From Thecamonas trahens ATCC 50062 (Eukaryota; Protista; Apusomonadida): a stretch of DNA of 64,000 bases. Below the pieces are notes generated by a model, which saw nothing but the letters and a program-made list of their open reading frames with translations, ran no database searches and was not told the origin of the DNA. The first letter of the stretch is position 1. Every line of letters starts with the position of its first letter. Shown piece by piece: positions 28,420 through 40,663 of the stretch. Position numbers and translations under genes: made by a program. Where the stretch lies: NCBI RefSeq assembly GCF_000142905.1, contig NW_013657655.1, forward strand, positions 248,001-312,000. Reading direction: 5' to 3'.

Positions 28420-29196
28420 ACCGAGTCAGGAGGGAGTGAGGGAAGGAGGGGGGGGGGAGGAGGAGGAGGGGAGAGGAAGGGGGAACGAGAGGGCTGGGGT
28501 GTGGGTCGTGGAGAGGGAGGAGTGCGGTGGGTGTGGGTGTGGATGAATCACTTTGGGGGGAGGGTTGGGGGAGGGGGAGGGGGGAGTGACGGCTGTTGGC
28601 CCACAGCCAATGAACAGCGAGTGAACCATTTGCCGGCAGCCAAGAAGCGCACCTGCGGCCTCCTAGCGGCCTCGTAGCGGTGTGTCAGCTGAAACAGCTG
28701 ATGGCGGTACTATGGAGAACACCAACAGGAATTTGAGGGANNNNNNNNNNNNNNNNNNNNNNNNNNNNNNNNNNNNNNNNNNNNNNNNNNNNNNNNNNNN
28801 NNNNNNNNNNNNNNNNNNNNNNNNNNNNNNNNNNNNNNNNCGTCCAGCCGTCCCAGAACAGCCAAACACGAAACCTGTCCCGATGCCGCCTTGTCCGAAA
28901 GGAGAGCCCATTGACCACAACGGCTTGCGACGGGGGTATCGCCTATCACCGCTCCAGCCGGCCCTACGGCCTGCACGTTGGCATTCTCGAGAAATTTCCC
29001 CACTCGATCGGTGGGGTAGGGGGGGGAGGGCTTTTATTCTTGTCGCATGATCATGGGAGGCATGGGTCTCGATCGTGTTTTGTGTCCACAGCCGCTGCTG
29101 TGGGGGGGAGAGAGCAGAGCCCTGCATTCAACGACCGAAACCATCGGCTCGTCCTCACTCACCCATAGAGCGACACACCGCACTACAGACCCAACC

Positions 29197-30411
29197 ATGG
29201 ACAAGGTCCGTCGCGCACTCGTCAACGTTGGCTCTTCCTCGGGCCGCGGAGGCATCGGTACTATTCTCAAGGTCCTTGGTGCGGGTGTGGCCATCGCAGG
29301 CCTCGCCTCCCAGTCTTTCTACACTGGTACGTCGGAGGCTGCCGTGGCGACGCGTCGCTTCGTTTAGCTGGCGGGGCGGGAAGGGGAGGGGGGGGGGGGG
29401 GGAGAGAGGGAGGGGACCCAGGGGGGGAGGGGGGGAGGGGGAGGGGGGAGAGACAGGAATGAGGGAGGTATGGGGAGTATGGGGAGGGGGGAGGGCAAGC
29501 AGGCGCCCGGGAAGCCCAGGGAGGGGGGGCAGGAACAGGCCGGCGGATGGGCTCGGCTGATGACGCGTGGCGGGCGGGAGAGGAGGGGCGAGTGGGAGGG
29601 GAGGAAGGAGGATAGGATGGAGACTCACGGAAGCTGGCTGCGGTGCGGGGATAGTGCACGGTGGACATCGGGCGGTTGTGTTCAACCGTCTGGTGGGAGT
29701 CAAGGACCAGGTGATGGAGCCCGGGATGCAGTTCAAGATCCCGTTCATCGAGTACCCGTACATTTACGACGTGCGGGCCAAGCCGTACACATACACCTCG
29801 CTGACGGGATCCAAGGATCTGCAGATGATCAACGTGACGCTGCGTGTGCTGGCCAAGCCGGACGCGCGGATGCTGACGCAGATCCACCGCAAGATCGGTC
29901 CGCAGTTTGACGAGACCGTCCTGCCGTCGATCGTCAACGAGGTGCTCAAGTCGGTTGTTGCCCAGTTCAACGCCTCGCAGCTTATCACCATGCGGTCGGA
30001 CGTGTCGATCATGATCGGCAAGTCGCTCCGCCGGCGCTCTGCCGACTTTTACATCCTCCTGGACGACGTCTCGGTCACGCACCTCAACTTTCCAACGAGT
30101 ACGCCCACGCCGTCGAGCAGAAGAAGGTCGCCGAGCAGGAGGCCGAGCGTGCCAAGATCCTTGTCGAGAAGGCATTGCAGGAGAAGGAGTCGTCCATCAT
30201 TCGCGCCAAGGGTGAGTCCGAGGCCGCCCTCCTCATCGGTGCCGCCATGTCCAACAACCCTGGCTATCTCGAGCTCATGCGCCTCGACAACGCCCGCGAG
30301 ATCGCCAACATCATTGCCCGCTCCGGCAACATGGTGTACCTCAACTCGGACAACCTCCTGCTCAACCTCGTGTCCAACAAGAAGATCGAGCTTGCTGCTG
30401 AGAACGCGTAG
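29197..30411 (+). CDS. PHB2: Prohibitin-2 (one apparent frameshift near 30090)
   Basis: Exon 29197-29326, intron GTACGT..TAG to 29654. VHGGHRAVVFNRLVGVK, TGSKDLQMINVTLRVL, VLPSIVNEVLKSVVAQFNASQLIT; after one added base HLNFSNEYAHAVEQKKVAEQEAERA..NNPGYLEL. Confidence 0.93.
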
Positions 30412-30459
30412 TCGTAAAAGCCACTCTTCAGCTTCACTGTCTTCTTCTCGAGAGCTTGT

Positions 30460-33400
30460 TCATTGGCGCGGCTCGGCGAGCAGGGAGAGGTCATAGCACG
30501 CGTCGTCGTCCTTGCACTCCATATTGACGAGGTAGTGCGCGATGGGGAGCGAGACCTCGAACGGGTACGAGTCGTGCTGGTACTGCAAGATGTCGCGGAT
30601 GACGTTGGCGGCCATGCGGCGCTTGACCATGTTGATGAGTCCGCCGTCGATCTGGTCGTCGTTGCCGTCCTCAATAAACGTCAGGTCGGTGAGGTGGACA
30701 CCGAGATAGGGAATGCACGGAGGCTTGCAGATCCGGATGTGGTTGCGGAGCATGGCGTACGCCCGGTGGTTTGAGGTCAACGACTTGAGCGAGTCAAACT
30801 CGGCAATGAGCTTCGAGTCGACTCGCGCCCAAGCCCGCTTGAGCCGGCGGACCGAGGCGTTGGAGAGCCCGGCGACGACTTCCATCACTCCATTGAGGTT
30901 GTTGAGCGCCTTGAGCTCCATGGCGAGCTTGATAAAGTAGGCGATGATCTTGGCCCGCGCCTTGGGCTTGAGCTTGGTGTTCTGCACTACTTCGGTCGTC
31001 ACCCACATCGTTGTTGTGTTGAAGTGGACAATGGTGCGGAAGATCGATGGCGCCGTCTTGGCCTTGTTTGGCCCGGACCAACGGTTGTTGAGGCACTCGG
31101 TGACCGGAATGGCCTGGTACATCTGCATTTCAAGGAGGCACATGTTCCGCGCGAGGTCCTTGATGTTGATCGAGAACGGGTTGGAGATGATCTGGCTCTT
31201 GGGCGGCGGCGGGAGCGACTCAAACGAGAGCTTCTTGGCTTTTCCTCTTGCGACGCCTTGAGCTTGCGGTCGAGGAGCGCGAGGAGCGACGCTGCCGGTC
31301 GCTTCATGCCTGTTGCCGTCATGATGTTCGACGCAAAGTCCTTGAGCATGGCGAGCAAGTCTTCGTTCTCCTCAAAGTCACGAAAGTACTTGTCGAGCCA
31401 TCCGCGGAGCACGTTGTACACCCGCAGCCGGATGGGGACCAGCTTGCGCTTCTTGAACTCGGCTTGCGCTGCTGCATCGAGCGACGCCGGCGCCGTGATG
31501 CAGTACCGCTCAATCATCTTTTCCATCAGCGCAATCGGGTTGGTAAACGACCGGTACGTGAGCATGAATGCCTGCACGTACTCCATGTCCGGGTATTTTT
31601 CAAACGTCAGCCGCTCGACAAGCCGGTACAGCGTCCCGCACTTGACCGACGGGTAAGACGACCCGCCGCCCGCAGCGCCCGACTGCGCTTCGGCCGGAAG
31701 CTCTTCCGGTGACATAAACTTGATGTCACGCTTGTCGGCAAAGTACGCCTCGGGTGAGTCGTCGGTGAGGAGCGAGAGCGAGAGCGATGCGTCCGACTCG
31801 CCGCCCTTACCTGCCCCGTCACCGGAGCTGGCGCCCGCAGCCTCGGCCTCGGCCGCTGCAGACGCCTTGGCCTTGGCCTTGGCTGCCGCCTTGGCCTCGG
31901 CTGCCTTCTGGATCCGCGCCGCCACATCCGACGCATCGCCCGGATCCTGCAGCAGGGAGTGCAGCTCCGAGAGCTTGGCCTCCGAGTACGTGCGGCCCTT
32001 GATTCGCCGCAGCGAGGCCCGCCCGGGCTTGAACGGCGACGCCGAGCTGCCCTCACCCGACGCAGACATGTCGAGCGACATGTGGCCCGAGCCCGAGTCC
32101 TCGCCGCCGCCCGACTCGGCGCCCTGCGGCAGCTCCATGCCAAACGCCCGCCGCATCTCGGCGAACCGGTCGACATCGTCGCCGTCAAGCGTCCCGTACA
32201 CCGATGCCTCGAGAATTTCCTTGGTCGCCGCGTTGAGCGAGACGTCCATGGCGTCGGGCACCAACGAGCTGTCGCCGCTCGCCTCGGCCGCCGCCCGCAG
32301 CTGCGCCAGCCGCTGCTGCAGCCGTGCGTTCTCGTCGAGCAGCTCCTGGATGCCAAAGTACAGCTCGTCGTTCTCCTCCTCCCACTCCTCGAGGAGCTTG
32401 AGCTTGGAGAGGAGCTCGTTGACCCGGAGTGAGAGCATGCCCTTCTCCTCAAGCACGTTGAGCAGCGTCCTCCGGTAGTCGGCGTTGGTAGCGGCAGACT
32501 TGGTCGCCGTCCGCGTCAACGTCTGGATCTTCATCTTGGCCCCGGTCACCTCTGCCACAAGCGCCTCGACGTCCGACGTCAGCGCCGCCGCCTCGCTCTC
32601 AAACGCTGCCTTGGCGGACTCCAGCTCGGCAATCGTCGTCCGCAGCTCGGCCATAGCCGCCTCGTTCGACGCCACCTGCGCTGCCAGTGCTGCGCCCTCG
32701 CGCGAGTTGCTCGAGTCGAGCGAAATGGCCTGTGCATCCTCCACCTTGGCCGCAAGCACCACGTTGACCTTGCGGATCTTGGCCATCTGCGCACGCAAAA
32801 ACTCATTCTGTGCCTTCCACTGCGCCGCGTGCTTTTGCGAGTCACGTTCGCGAGCAAGAATCTCCTTCCGCTTCTCGATTCTCGCCCCGAGCTTCTTCTT
32901 GGACTTGCGCGCCTCAGCCTTGGTCGCCAGATTCGCGTTGAGCGCCGCGGTCAGCTTGTCCATCTTGGCCTGGGCCTCGGCTCGCTGCGAGTCCACCAGT
33001 TGGATCTGCCGCTCGAGCTGTGCGTTCTGCGTCTGCCACAGCTGGGCGTTTTCCATCGTCGCCTTCAGTTCAGTCCACTGCTGCATGAGCGTTGTCTTGT
33101 CGTCCAGTAGCTGCGCGAGCTGCGTCCGCATCTCCTGCATTCGGCTCATCGAGTTCTCCGAGTTTTCCAACTCCTGGAGCCGAATGTTGAGCGCGTGCTT
33201 CTCGATCACCAGGTGCTGCAGCTTGATCCGCACCTTGCGCTGCACGTGCTCGGCCTCGGACTCGGCCTGCCGGATGTGCTCAATGAGCATTGCCGCCTCG
33301 GCCGCCTCCTCTGCTGTCCGCGGTGGGGCCTTGGGCCGTGGTGGCGGCACCGGCTTCACACTCCGCGCCATAGCCTCGCCGCCTGACGCCGAGCCCGAGC

Positions 33401-33650
33401 CCGATTCGCCGCCCTCGCCCTCGCCGCCTCTCGTCGCAGCCACCTGTTCGGCGAGCTTCTCATTTTCGGCCTGCAGCGCCTCGGCGCGCTCGGTCAGCCG
33501 CCGCCGCTCCGAAATCTGCGACGCAAGCTTGAACTTGACCTTTTCCCGGAACGTCTCCATGTCCGCCTCGGCCTGCTCTAGCTCAGCCTTGAGCTCGAGG
33601 TTGGCCTTTTGCGCATGGCTAAAGTTTTGGCTTTCGCTGCCTGACGCCAT
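30460..33650 (-). CDS. Ras guanine-nucleotide exchange factor (long coiled coil + REM + CDC25); frameshift near 31245
   Basis: REM VKCGTLYRLVERLT..YVQAFMLTYRSFT..IRLRVYNVLRGWLDKYFRDF; CDC25 LNNLNGVMEVVAGL..PPCIPYLGVHLTDLTFIEDGN..INMVKRR..SLLAEPR. Confidence 0.92.
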
Positions 33651-34215
33651 GAGCCCTTCTCGTGCCACCGTCGTCCAGAAAACCAGGGGTATGGGGGTGC
33701 GGGGAGAGAGAGAGAGGAAGGGAGTGGGGAATGGGGGGGGGGGGGGGAGGGGAGGGAGGGGAGGGGTGACGGAGGGTGGTGGGGGGGGGGGGAGGGGGAG
33801 GGGTAGAGAGCGGTGGGCACAAAAGGGGGGGGAGGGAGGGAAGGCTGCCTGGCCTGATCGCCTCGACCTGCCAGTCGGCCAGGTTGTGGCGGTTGGGGAG
33901 AAAGGGCGAAACATGACGGCGGGAAGGCCAAAAAAAATGACAATATGCGTCGTTCACGCAGCAATCACAAGACCACGCAGTGGTGCACGGAGGGCGGGAG
34001 GGGGCAGGGGGAAGTCAGGCGGTCAGAGGGATCGGTTTTACTCGATGTCTCGGCACTGCTCGCTTGCGTTGATGGTTCGGCGTGGCGAGCGATGGATGGC
34101 TTGCGTGAGGAAAGGCTGGCCAGTGGCTGGCGCTACAGTTGCAAAAGGTTGACGACAGCCGCCTGCTGGTGCAGCTCCACTTTCGTCACCGACATACGGC
34201 GGCAGTCCGGCTCCA

Positions 34216-36152
34216 CTACTCGGCAACAAAGGAAAACGGACGGACAATGTTGAGCATGTGGCGGACCGACTCGGTGAAGCGGTCCGAGGCAGCACGGCAG
34301 ACCATGATGGCCTCCTGCAAGCACACCTCCTTGACGCAGTTGTACACGTTGCGGTGGAGGGCGAGGCCGTCCTGCTTCTCCTCAGTAAAGTGCTCCGAGT
34401 CGTCGTTGGCCTTGAGGACGGCGGCGTCGTGGTGGCGATGGTCATAGAGGATGGTGAGGTACGGCTCGATGTCGCTGCCCGGGTCGAGGCGCGAGGCCGC
34501 CGGCGCCTCTGACGCTGCAGCCTGGTCGAGAGCCTGGCGGATCTTGAGGACAGCCTTCTTGGCAGAGCGGCCGGCGTTCCACTTGGAGTAGCCGAGCGAG
34601 AAAGAGGGCGCGAGGAGGCAGAGCTCGGCGTGGAGAGCGTCCTCGAGCGAGCGGTCCTTGACCCGAACACCAGTGAGGCGCGGGACTGAGGCATTGGTGG
34701 GAATCATGTTGATGCCAATGCGCGCGAGCTTAATCATGAACAGGTATGGCGAGAGCCGCGAGTTGCGCAGCTCCTTGAAGCAGTCGTCAAGCGGCTTTGT
34801 GAGCCGGCAGTAGCCCTCACCAATCTCGACGACAATCTGCATCTCGCCGCCCATGAGCGAGAGCATGGCCTTGTTGGGCTCGGCCGGCGCAAGGAGCCAG
34901 TGCTCAAACGGAAGGTCAATGTAGCGAGGCTGAAGGAGGGCGGTCGGTGCGGCGTGGATGGTTTCGAACGAGAGGACCCGTGTGACTGGGTCAAAGGTCG
35001 AAGCCTCGATGCCGTCGGTCCGCCAAATGCCGACCTGCGCGTCCCACCAGCCAAGCAGCGGCGACTTGGAGCGGACAAAGACAGCGTCGGGGACGATCCA
35101 TGTGATCTTGATGCGCTTCCACGACGGCGACGGCGCAACCGGTGCCGAAGCCGGGTCGGTCCCGGGCGGCACAATCGGATAGCCGAGCCGGCGAACTGTG
35201 TGGGCGAGCTCGGTGACCGGGCGCAGCGTCCAGCCCTTGAGCGTCTTGGGCGACGGCGGAACGTCGAGCAGGTCAAAATGTAGGATGCCGCCAAGCGTCA
35301 TGTATTCATCCGAGACCGAGGTCGGCGTTAGGTTGTCCCAGTTGGTGTGGACAAACCGCATGGCGACAGAGGCGAGGGCAAGGCCCTTTGAGATGGACGT
35401 GGTGATGCCGACGTCGCGGAACTCGCGCGACTTGACCCGCAGGTTCTTGGCGACGTTGACCCAGAGCGCGTAGCGGACGTCTGGGAGCGCCACCTCAACC
35501 TGGCACTCCAGCTTGTCGTCGGTAAATGCGTCGGCGTGCTGGATGAGGTGCGCGGTGAGGGCATCGATCTTGGTCGTCGCCACCGACCGGAGCTCGGCAA
35601 CCTTGGCCTCCAGCCGCGCCATGGCCGCGGTGTCGCTCCGCTCAAACGCGCGTGCGAGGACTCGCTCAATGTCAGCCACAACCACGTTGGACTCTTGCAC
35701 CTTGTTGAGCGCCTCGACGTGGTCTGCGACAGAGGCTTCGGCCCAAAGTCGGAGGTACGTGTTCATCTCGCGCTCAGACCGCGGGTCCGGCAGAGGCTCG
35801 CACTCGACGTGGCGCGCCCACGCCTCGGCAGCTTCGGCGTCCGAGTCCCACAGCTCAACCTCGACCGTCCGTTCACCGAGCCAGACCTGGATCTCTGCGT
35901 GCTCCTCCTCACGCTTCTCCTGCTCCTCCTCGAGCTTGAGCTTCATCAGCTCGCGCTCCTTGGCCTGCCGCGCCTCCTCTTCGATCCGCTCGCGCTCCAG
36001 CCGCGCATACTCTTCAATCAGGGCCAGCCGCTGCGCCTCAGCCTCGGCTTTGGCCAATGCTGCCCGCTGCTTCTTGGTCATCTTCTTCTTTTCCGCTTCT
36101 TAGTCTTCTTGCGCCCCACGCCGCCGCGCGACGTTGTGCCGTTGTCCGCCAT
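34216..36152 (-). CDS. DNAI7: Axonemal inner-arm dynein intermediate chain IC97/CASC1/CFAP94 (frameshift near 36090)
   Basis: Glu/Arg-rich N-terminal coil; WARHVECEPLPDPRSEREMNTYLRLW; LGGILHFDLLDVPP; WWDAQVGIWRTDGI; YIDLPFEHW; FSLGYSKWN. The ATG at 36152 joins after adding one A in AAAAG. Confidence 0.85.
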
Positions 36153-36603
36153 GGCAGTGTAGGGGGAAGGGGGGAGAAGGTGACAGAGGGGGAGGGAGAC
36201 AAGAGGGACAGAGAGGTTGGAGTATGGGGAGGTGAGGAGGACGCACTCGATATGGCACGTTGGGTGGTAGGCGCCGTCGTGGTCGTAGGTCCGTCGGGCT
36301 GTAGGGGGGGAGGGGGAGGGGGGGGGAGGGGCACGTCGGGCGCGAAGGACTGCGTTCGTTGACAGCAGTGCCGCAGCAGGGCGTTTGGGGGAAGGGGGGG
36401 GGGGGGGTGGGGGTGTGAGGGGAGTTGGTGAGAGAAAAAATATTCGGTCTCGGTGGAGAAATGGTGGGTAACGCAGAGAGGGCGGGGGAAGGGGGGGGGG
36501 CGAGAAACGGACAGTCTTCCCGGGGTAAGGCACGGTGGCTTGTTTGTAGAACAACAGAGGTAACTTGACTCAGGTCCTTGGCAGGGACGACCAAGCGCAG
36601 CAC

Positions 36604-39412
36604 ATGCCACCTCCCGTGGCATCCCGTGCATACGGGCCGGCTGAACGAACTCTGTATGTGGCTGTGGTGAGCGTTCTGTAGCCTGTCACCGTCCCCCCCT
36701 GTCCCCCTCCCGCCCTCCTTCCTTGCAAGTCAATAGCAACCCGGGATGACGTCCACCATTTCGTTTGGCCAATAGGCTCACGCGTGAGCGGGGGATATAT
36801 CCCTTCGCGTGTGGCTAGGGATGGGAGTGGGTGAATAAGCTTGGAGAACAGGGAAGGAGTGTGAGCAGGACATTTGCACTTACTCTTGTGTGGCTTGGTT
36901 GTGATGGCGGTGGCTGGTGACGGCCGAATGGCGTGGTGCTGGCCTCTCGCTGTGGACGTGCGGGGATCTCGGGGGGGGGGGTCTGTCTTGGCCATGCGTC
37001 CCTCAACAGATATGTTGGCTCGCTGGATTTGAGAGTGACTCGCGAGGAACTGGAGCAGGTTGCGCTGGACGCACTGGCCGAGGCCGAGGAGGCGCTTGCG
37101 AGTGAGTTTGGGGGAGGAGGCGGCAGCAGCAGCAGCAAGCGGGGGCTCTCGTCAGAGCCGAGCGGGCGCGCCGGGCGCAAGGGCGGGAGTCGGACGGGCT
37201 CCAGCGGGCGCGGGGGCCGAAAGAGTAGGGGCAGTCGGCGGTCGTCGTCGCAGTCGGGCGGACGTGCGAGCTCGTCGCTCGGCACGGTTGTCTCTGCCAA
37301 AATCATTCTGGATGCCGAGACGCACGGGTCTGCCGGGTATGGGTTTGTGGAGTTTGAGACGCGCGAAGGTGCACAGGCAGCAATGCCGATTCTCCAGGGC
37401 CGGCGAGTGCGTGCGCTGCGGATCCGAATTAATTGGGCGGTGCAAGGCTCGCGGCGGGTGGCGGACGAGGACGGGCTGCACTCGCTGTTTGTAGGCGACT
37501 TGTGCAAGTCTGTGGACGACGACATGCTGCACGATGCGTTTGCGCATTTTTCGAGCCTCACGTCGGCGCGGGTGATGTGGGACGTGCGAACCGGGACGTC
37601 GCGCGAGTTTGGGTTTGTCTCTTTCCGCGACGCCAGTGACGCCGAGCGTGCGCTCAAGACCATGGGTGGGACGATGCTGGGGCGGCGCCCGATCCGGGTC
37701 AACCGAGCCAACAAGAAGACGCACTCGAAGAACACTGCCGTGGGCACGGCAGCGGTGATGGTGGAGCGTGCGCCGAGCACAGGAACCGGGGTCAAGGTTC
37801 CGACCGGCTCACGCGACGGCACTCTCGTCATGTACACCGACGGCGACTTTGGGAGGCTCTCTGCGCTCGGGCGCGGCTCGTGCGAGCTCTTCCTCTCCAA
37901 GCTCAAGTCGAAGATGTCTGTGGGCGAGTTTGAGGCGGCGCTTGCCAAGCACGGAGTCATTGAGACTATTGTGTACAACCGCAAAAAGGGCACGTGCCGG
38001 GTCACATTTGAGTCGCACCACCAGGCTGTTTCTGCCATCATCGGCCTGCACGGGTGGGCGCCGGCCGGCTGCCCACCGCTGCAGGTGGCGTGGTCCAACT
38101 CAGGCCGGTCGCGGTCGCTGCAGCGGACGGCGTCGGCGCCGATGGGACCGGCCAGTGGCAGATTTGGCGAGCGTGGGCGGAGCGGCGACTCGGCCGACGC
38201 GTCCCGTTGTGCTGGATTGACTGACACGCGTCCGCCGTCGTACCTCGCGCCGTCGGCGTCGATGGCGTTTGACGCCTACTCGGGCCTCGGCTCGGGCCAT
38301 GGCTCGGGCGAGGTGAGAGACTTGTACGCGCCGAGGCGCGGGAGCTCGCGGCGAAGCCCGCTGAGCGGCGGAAGCAGTACCAGTCATCAGTCGTCGGCGT
38401 CGATCTCACCCGACGCGATGGCGTACGCGCCGCCGCCGGGCTTTGTGAGCGCGGGCGGGTCGGCGCCGAGCATGGCAGCGCCGGGCTTTGGCGGCTATGG
38501 TCCGCCGCCAGGCATGGGCGGCGCCGCCGGGGTGGCGCCGGGCAGCAACGGGTTTGTGTACCCGGGCTACCCGATGCCGTTCGCGGCACCTGGGCTCGGC
38601 GGCTTTGTCCCAGGCATGTCGGATGCGATAGCCGGGCGCGACCCGTGGGCCTCACCAATGTTTGCCAACTCGACGGGCCTGTCCGGCTCGGGCATAGCGA
38701 CCGGTCGCAACGGGAGGCCACTGTCGTACCCGCCGCGGGCCAATCAGTCGGAGCCGTCGAGCCCAACAGGCGTGGTTGCGCCCCCACTGGGCCGCTGCTG
38801 AGCGTGCCTGGTGACCGCGGCGAGCGCGGCGACCGGTCGCCGTCACCCTTCAACAACCAGCGGACCGGGACGACCGAGTCGCTCTCATCACGCTCGCCGT
38901 CGCCAACGCTCTACTCGCGCTCGCTCTCTGCCCAGTCGAGCACCTCGGGCCTCGCCGGTCTCGCGGCATCGCTCAACCTAGTCCCGCCGAGTCGGACCGG
39001 CGGTGCACCGCCGCCTGACGACGGCGAGGAAACGCCTGAGTCTGGCGAGGCGTCACCGACGCTCGGCCTTCGGCGGTCGTCGTCGCTCACCACCACGGGC
39101 GAGTCGCTCGCCTCGCTCAACCGGTCGCACTCGGAGACCGTCCCGCCGCGCTCGGTCTGGACCGACGACCGCATCTCTTTCCCTTCTATGGGCGGCGCCG
39201 CCGGCGCGCCCTCCTCTGTACCTGTCCTCCTCCTCCCGCATGCTTCGCTCTCACCGCACGTCTCGGACGACCAGTCCTGGCTCCCATCGTCGCCCTCGCT
39301 CCATAAGTCGCGGTCGATGACCGACGTGCGCTTGGCGCAATTGGCGTTTGAATCGGCACAGGAGCCCGCAATGGCTGCTCGCCCGCGCAATGGCGCTCCT
39401 CCACCGTCCTGA
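36604..39412 (+). CDS. Multi-RRM RNA-binding protein (TIA1/Pub1/UBP1-like) with long Ser/Pro-rich tail; frameshift near 38783
   Basis: Exon 36604-36653 plus intron GTATGT..CAG to 37009 rebuilds RNP2 RTLYVGSL. GYGFVEF, IRINWA, LFVGDL, ARVMWDVRTGTSREFGFVSF, LGRRPIRVN, and a third degenerate RRM. Confidence 0.85.
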
Positions 39413-39553
39413 GTGCACCAGCCCTCCGCTCCAGCAGTCCTAGGAGCACGGCTGTCATTAAAGTCGCGGGAGCGCAGGCGCAGTGTGAGGGGGGGCGGGC
39501 ATGGCTTTGGCTGTACTAGACTACCTGCTTGGCTGACAGGCTAACACGTTGGA

Positions 39554-40271
39554 TCAGCTGCGACGTGCAAAGCGCCGGCGCGGCTTGGGCTTGGATGAGT
39601 CAGAGCCAGCGCCGGCGGCAGCAACGGCGGCATCGGCAGCATGCTTGGCGGTGGGGGCCGAGGCCGAGGCCGAGGCCACACGCGGGCGGCCGGCGACCAG
39701 GCGGTCGGCAACACCAGCCACCTTCCAGTCGTGGGCAACCAGGACGAGGTTCTCCTTTTCTGCGGCAAAGATCTTGGGCATGTCCTGGGGCATACCCGGC
39801 TGGCCGCCGGCCTGGCCCATCTGCTGCTTGAGCAGCTTGGAATCGTCGGCGGCGTTGCCGTCGGACAGGATGATGTCGAGGATGCCGCGGAGGCCAAAGA
39901 GGTTGAGAAAGTACCACGAGAGTGAAGAGACGTACGCCACGTTGAGGTCCGAGAGCTGGATGCCCTGCTGGAGCATGGCCTTGAAGGGCGAGGTGAGTGG
40001 GAAGGGGACGCGAAGGATGACAAAGCCAGAGAAAAAGTAGTTGACGATGCCCATGGTGAGGATCTGCGGGACAATCATGGCCATCTGCGACGACATCATG
40101 TTCGACATGGCCGGGTTGTTGGCCATGGCATCGAGCGCGTTGACCTGCTCCCGCTCCTGGTTGTACATCCCGTGCTCGCCATCGATGAAGAACTGCCGCC
40201 GCCGCTCAAACGCCGCACGCGGCAGCCAGTGCCCATGCGCCTCCAGTAGCTTGCCACGGCGGACCAATTGC
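39554..40271 (-). CDS. EMC3: ER membrane protein complex subunit 3 (5' exon probably in the gap)
   Basis: IVPQILTMGIVNYFFSGFVILRVPFPLTSPFKAMLQQGI..VSSLSWYFLNLFGLRGI; CAG acceptor at 40272-40274. Confidence 0.93.
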
Positions 40272-40663
40272 CTGTGCGTGTGTGGAGATAAAGAGAGAGA
40301 GGAGGTTGGAGGGGGGTAGAGGACGTCCATNNNNNNNNNNNNNNNNNNNNNNNNNNNNNNNNNNNNNNNNNNNNNNNNNNNNNNNNNNNNNNNNNNNNNN
40401 NNNNNNNNNNNNNNNNNNNNNNNNNNNNNNNNNNNNNNNNNNNNNNNNNNNNNNNNNNNNNNNNNNNNNNNNNNNNNNNNNNNNNNNNNNNNNNNNNNNN
40501 NNNNNNNATTCATAGGCCACGACTCAAGCGGGAGACCGGGACGCACGGGGGGGGGGGGGGGGGGGCGGGGCGCGGTGGGAGCGGGGGGCGGGGGTAAGGC
40601 GGTACACGACTCGAGTCTCGCTGTGAGGCCGGGGTGTAGGACGGTGACGGAGAAAAGGACACG

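Noticed and set aside
32485-34152. 555-aa plus-strand ORF and similar long antisense ORFs across the window
   Set aside because: Expected shadows of GC-rich coiled-coil genes, where stops are rare on the opposite strand.
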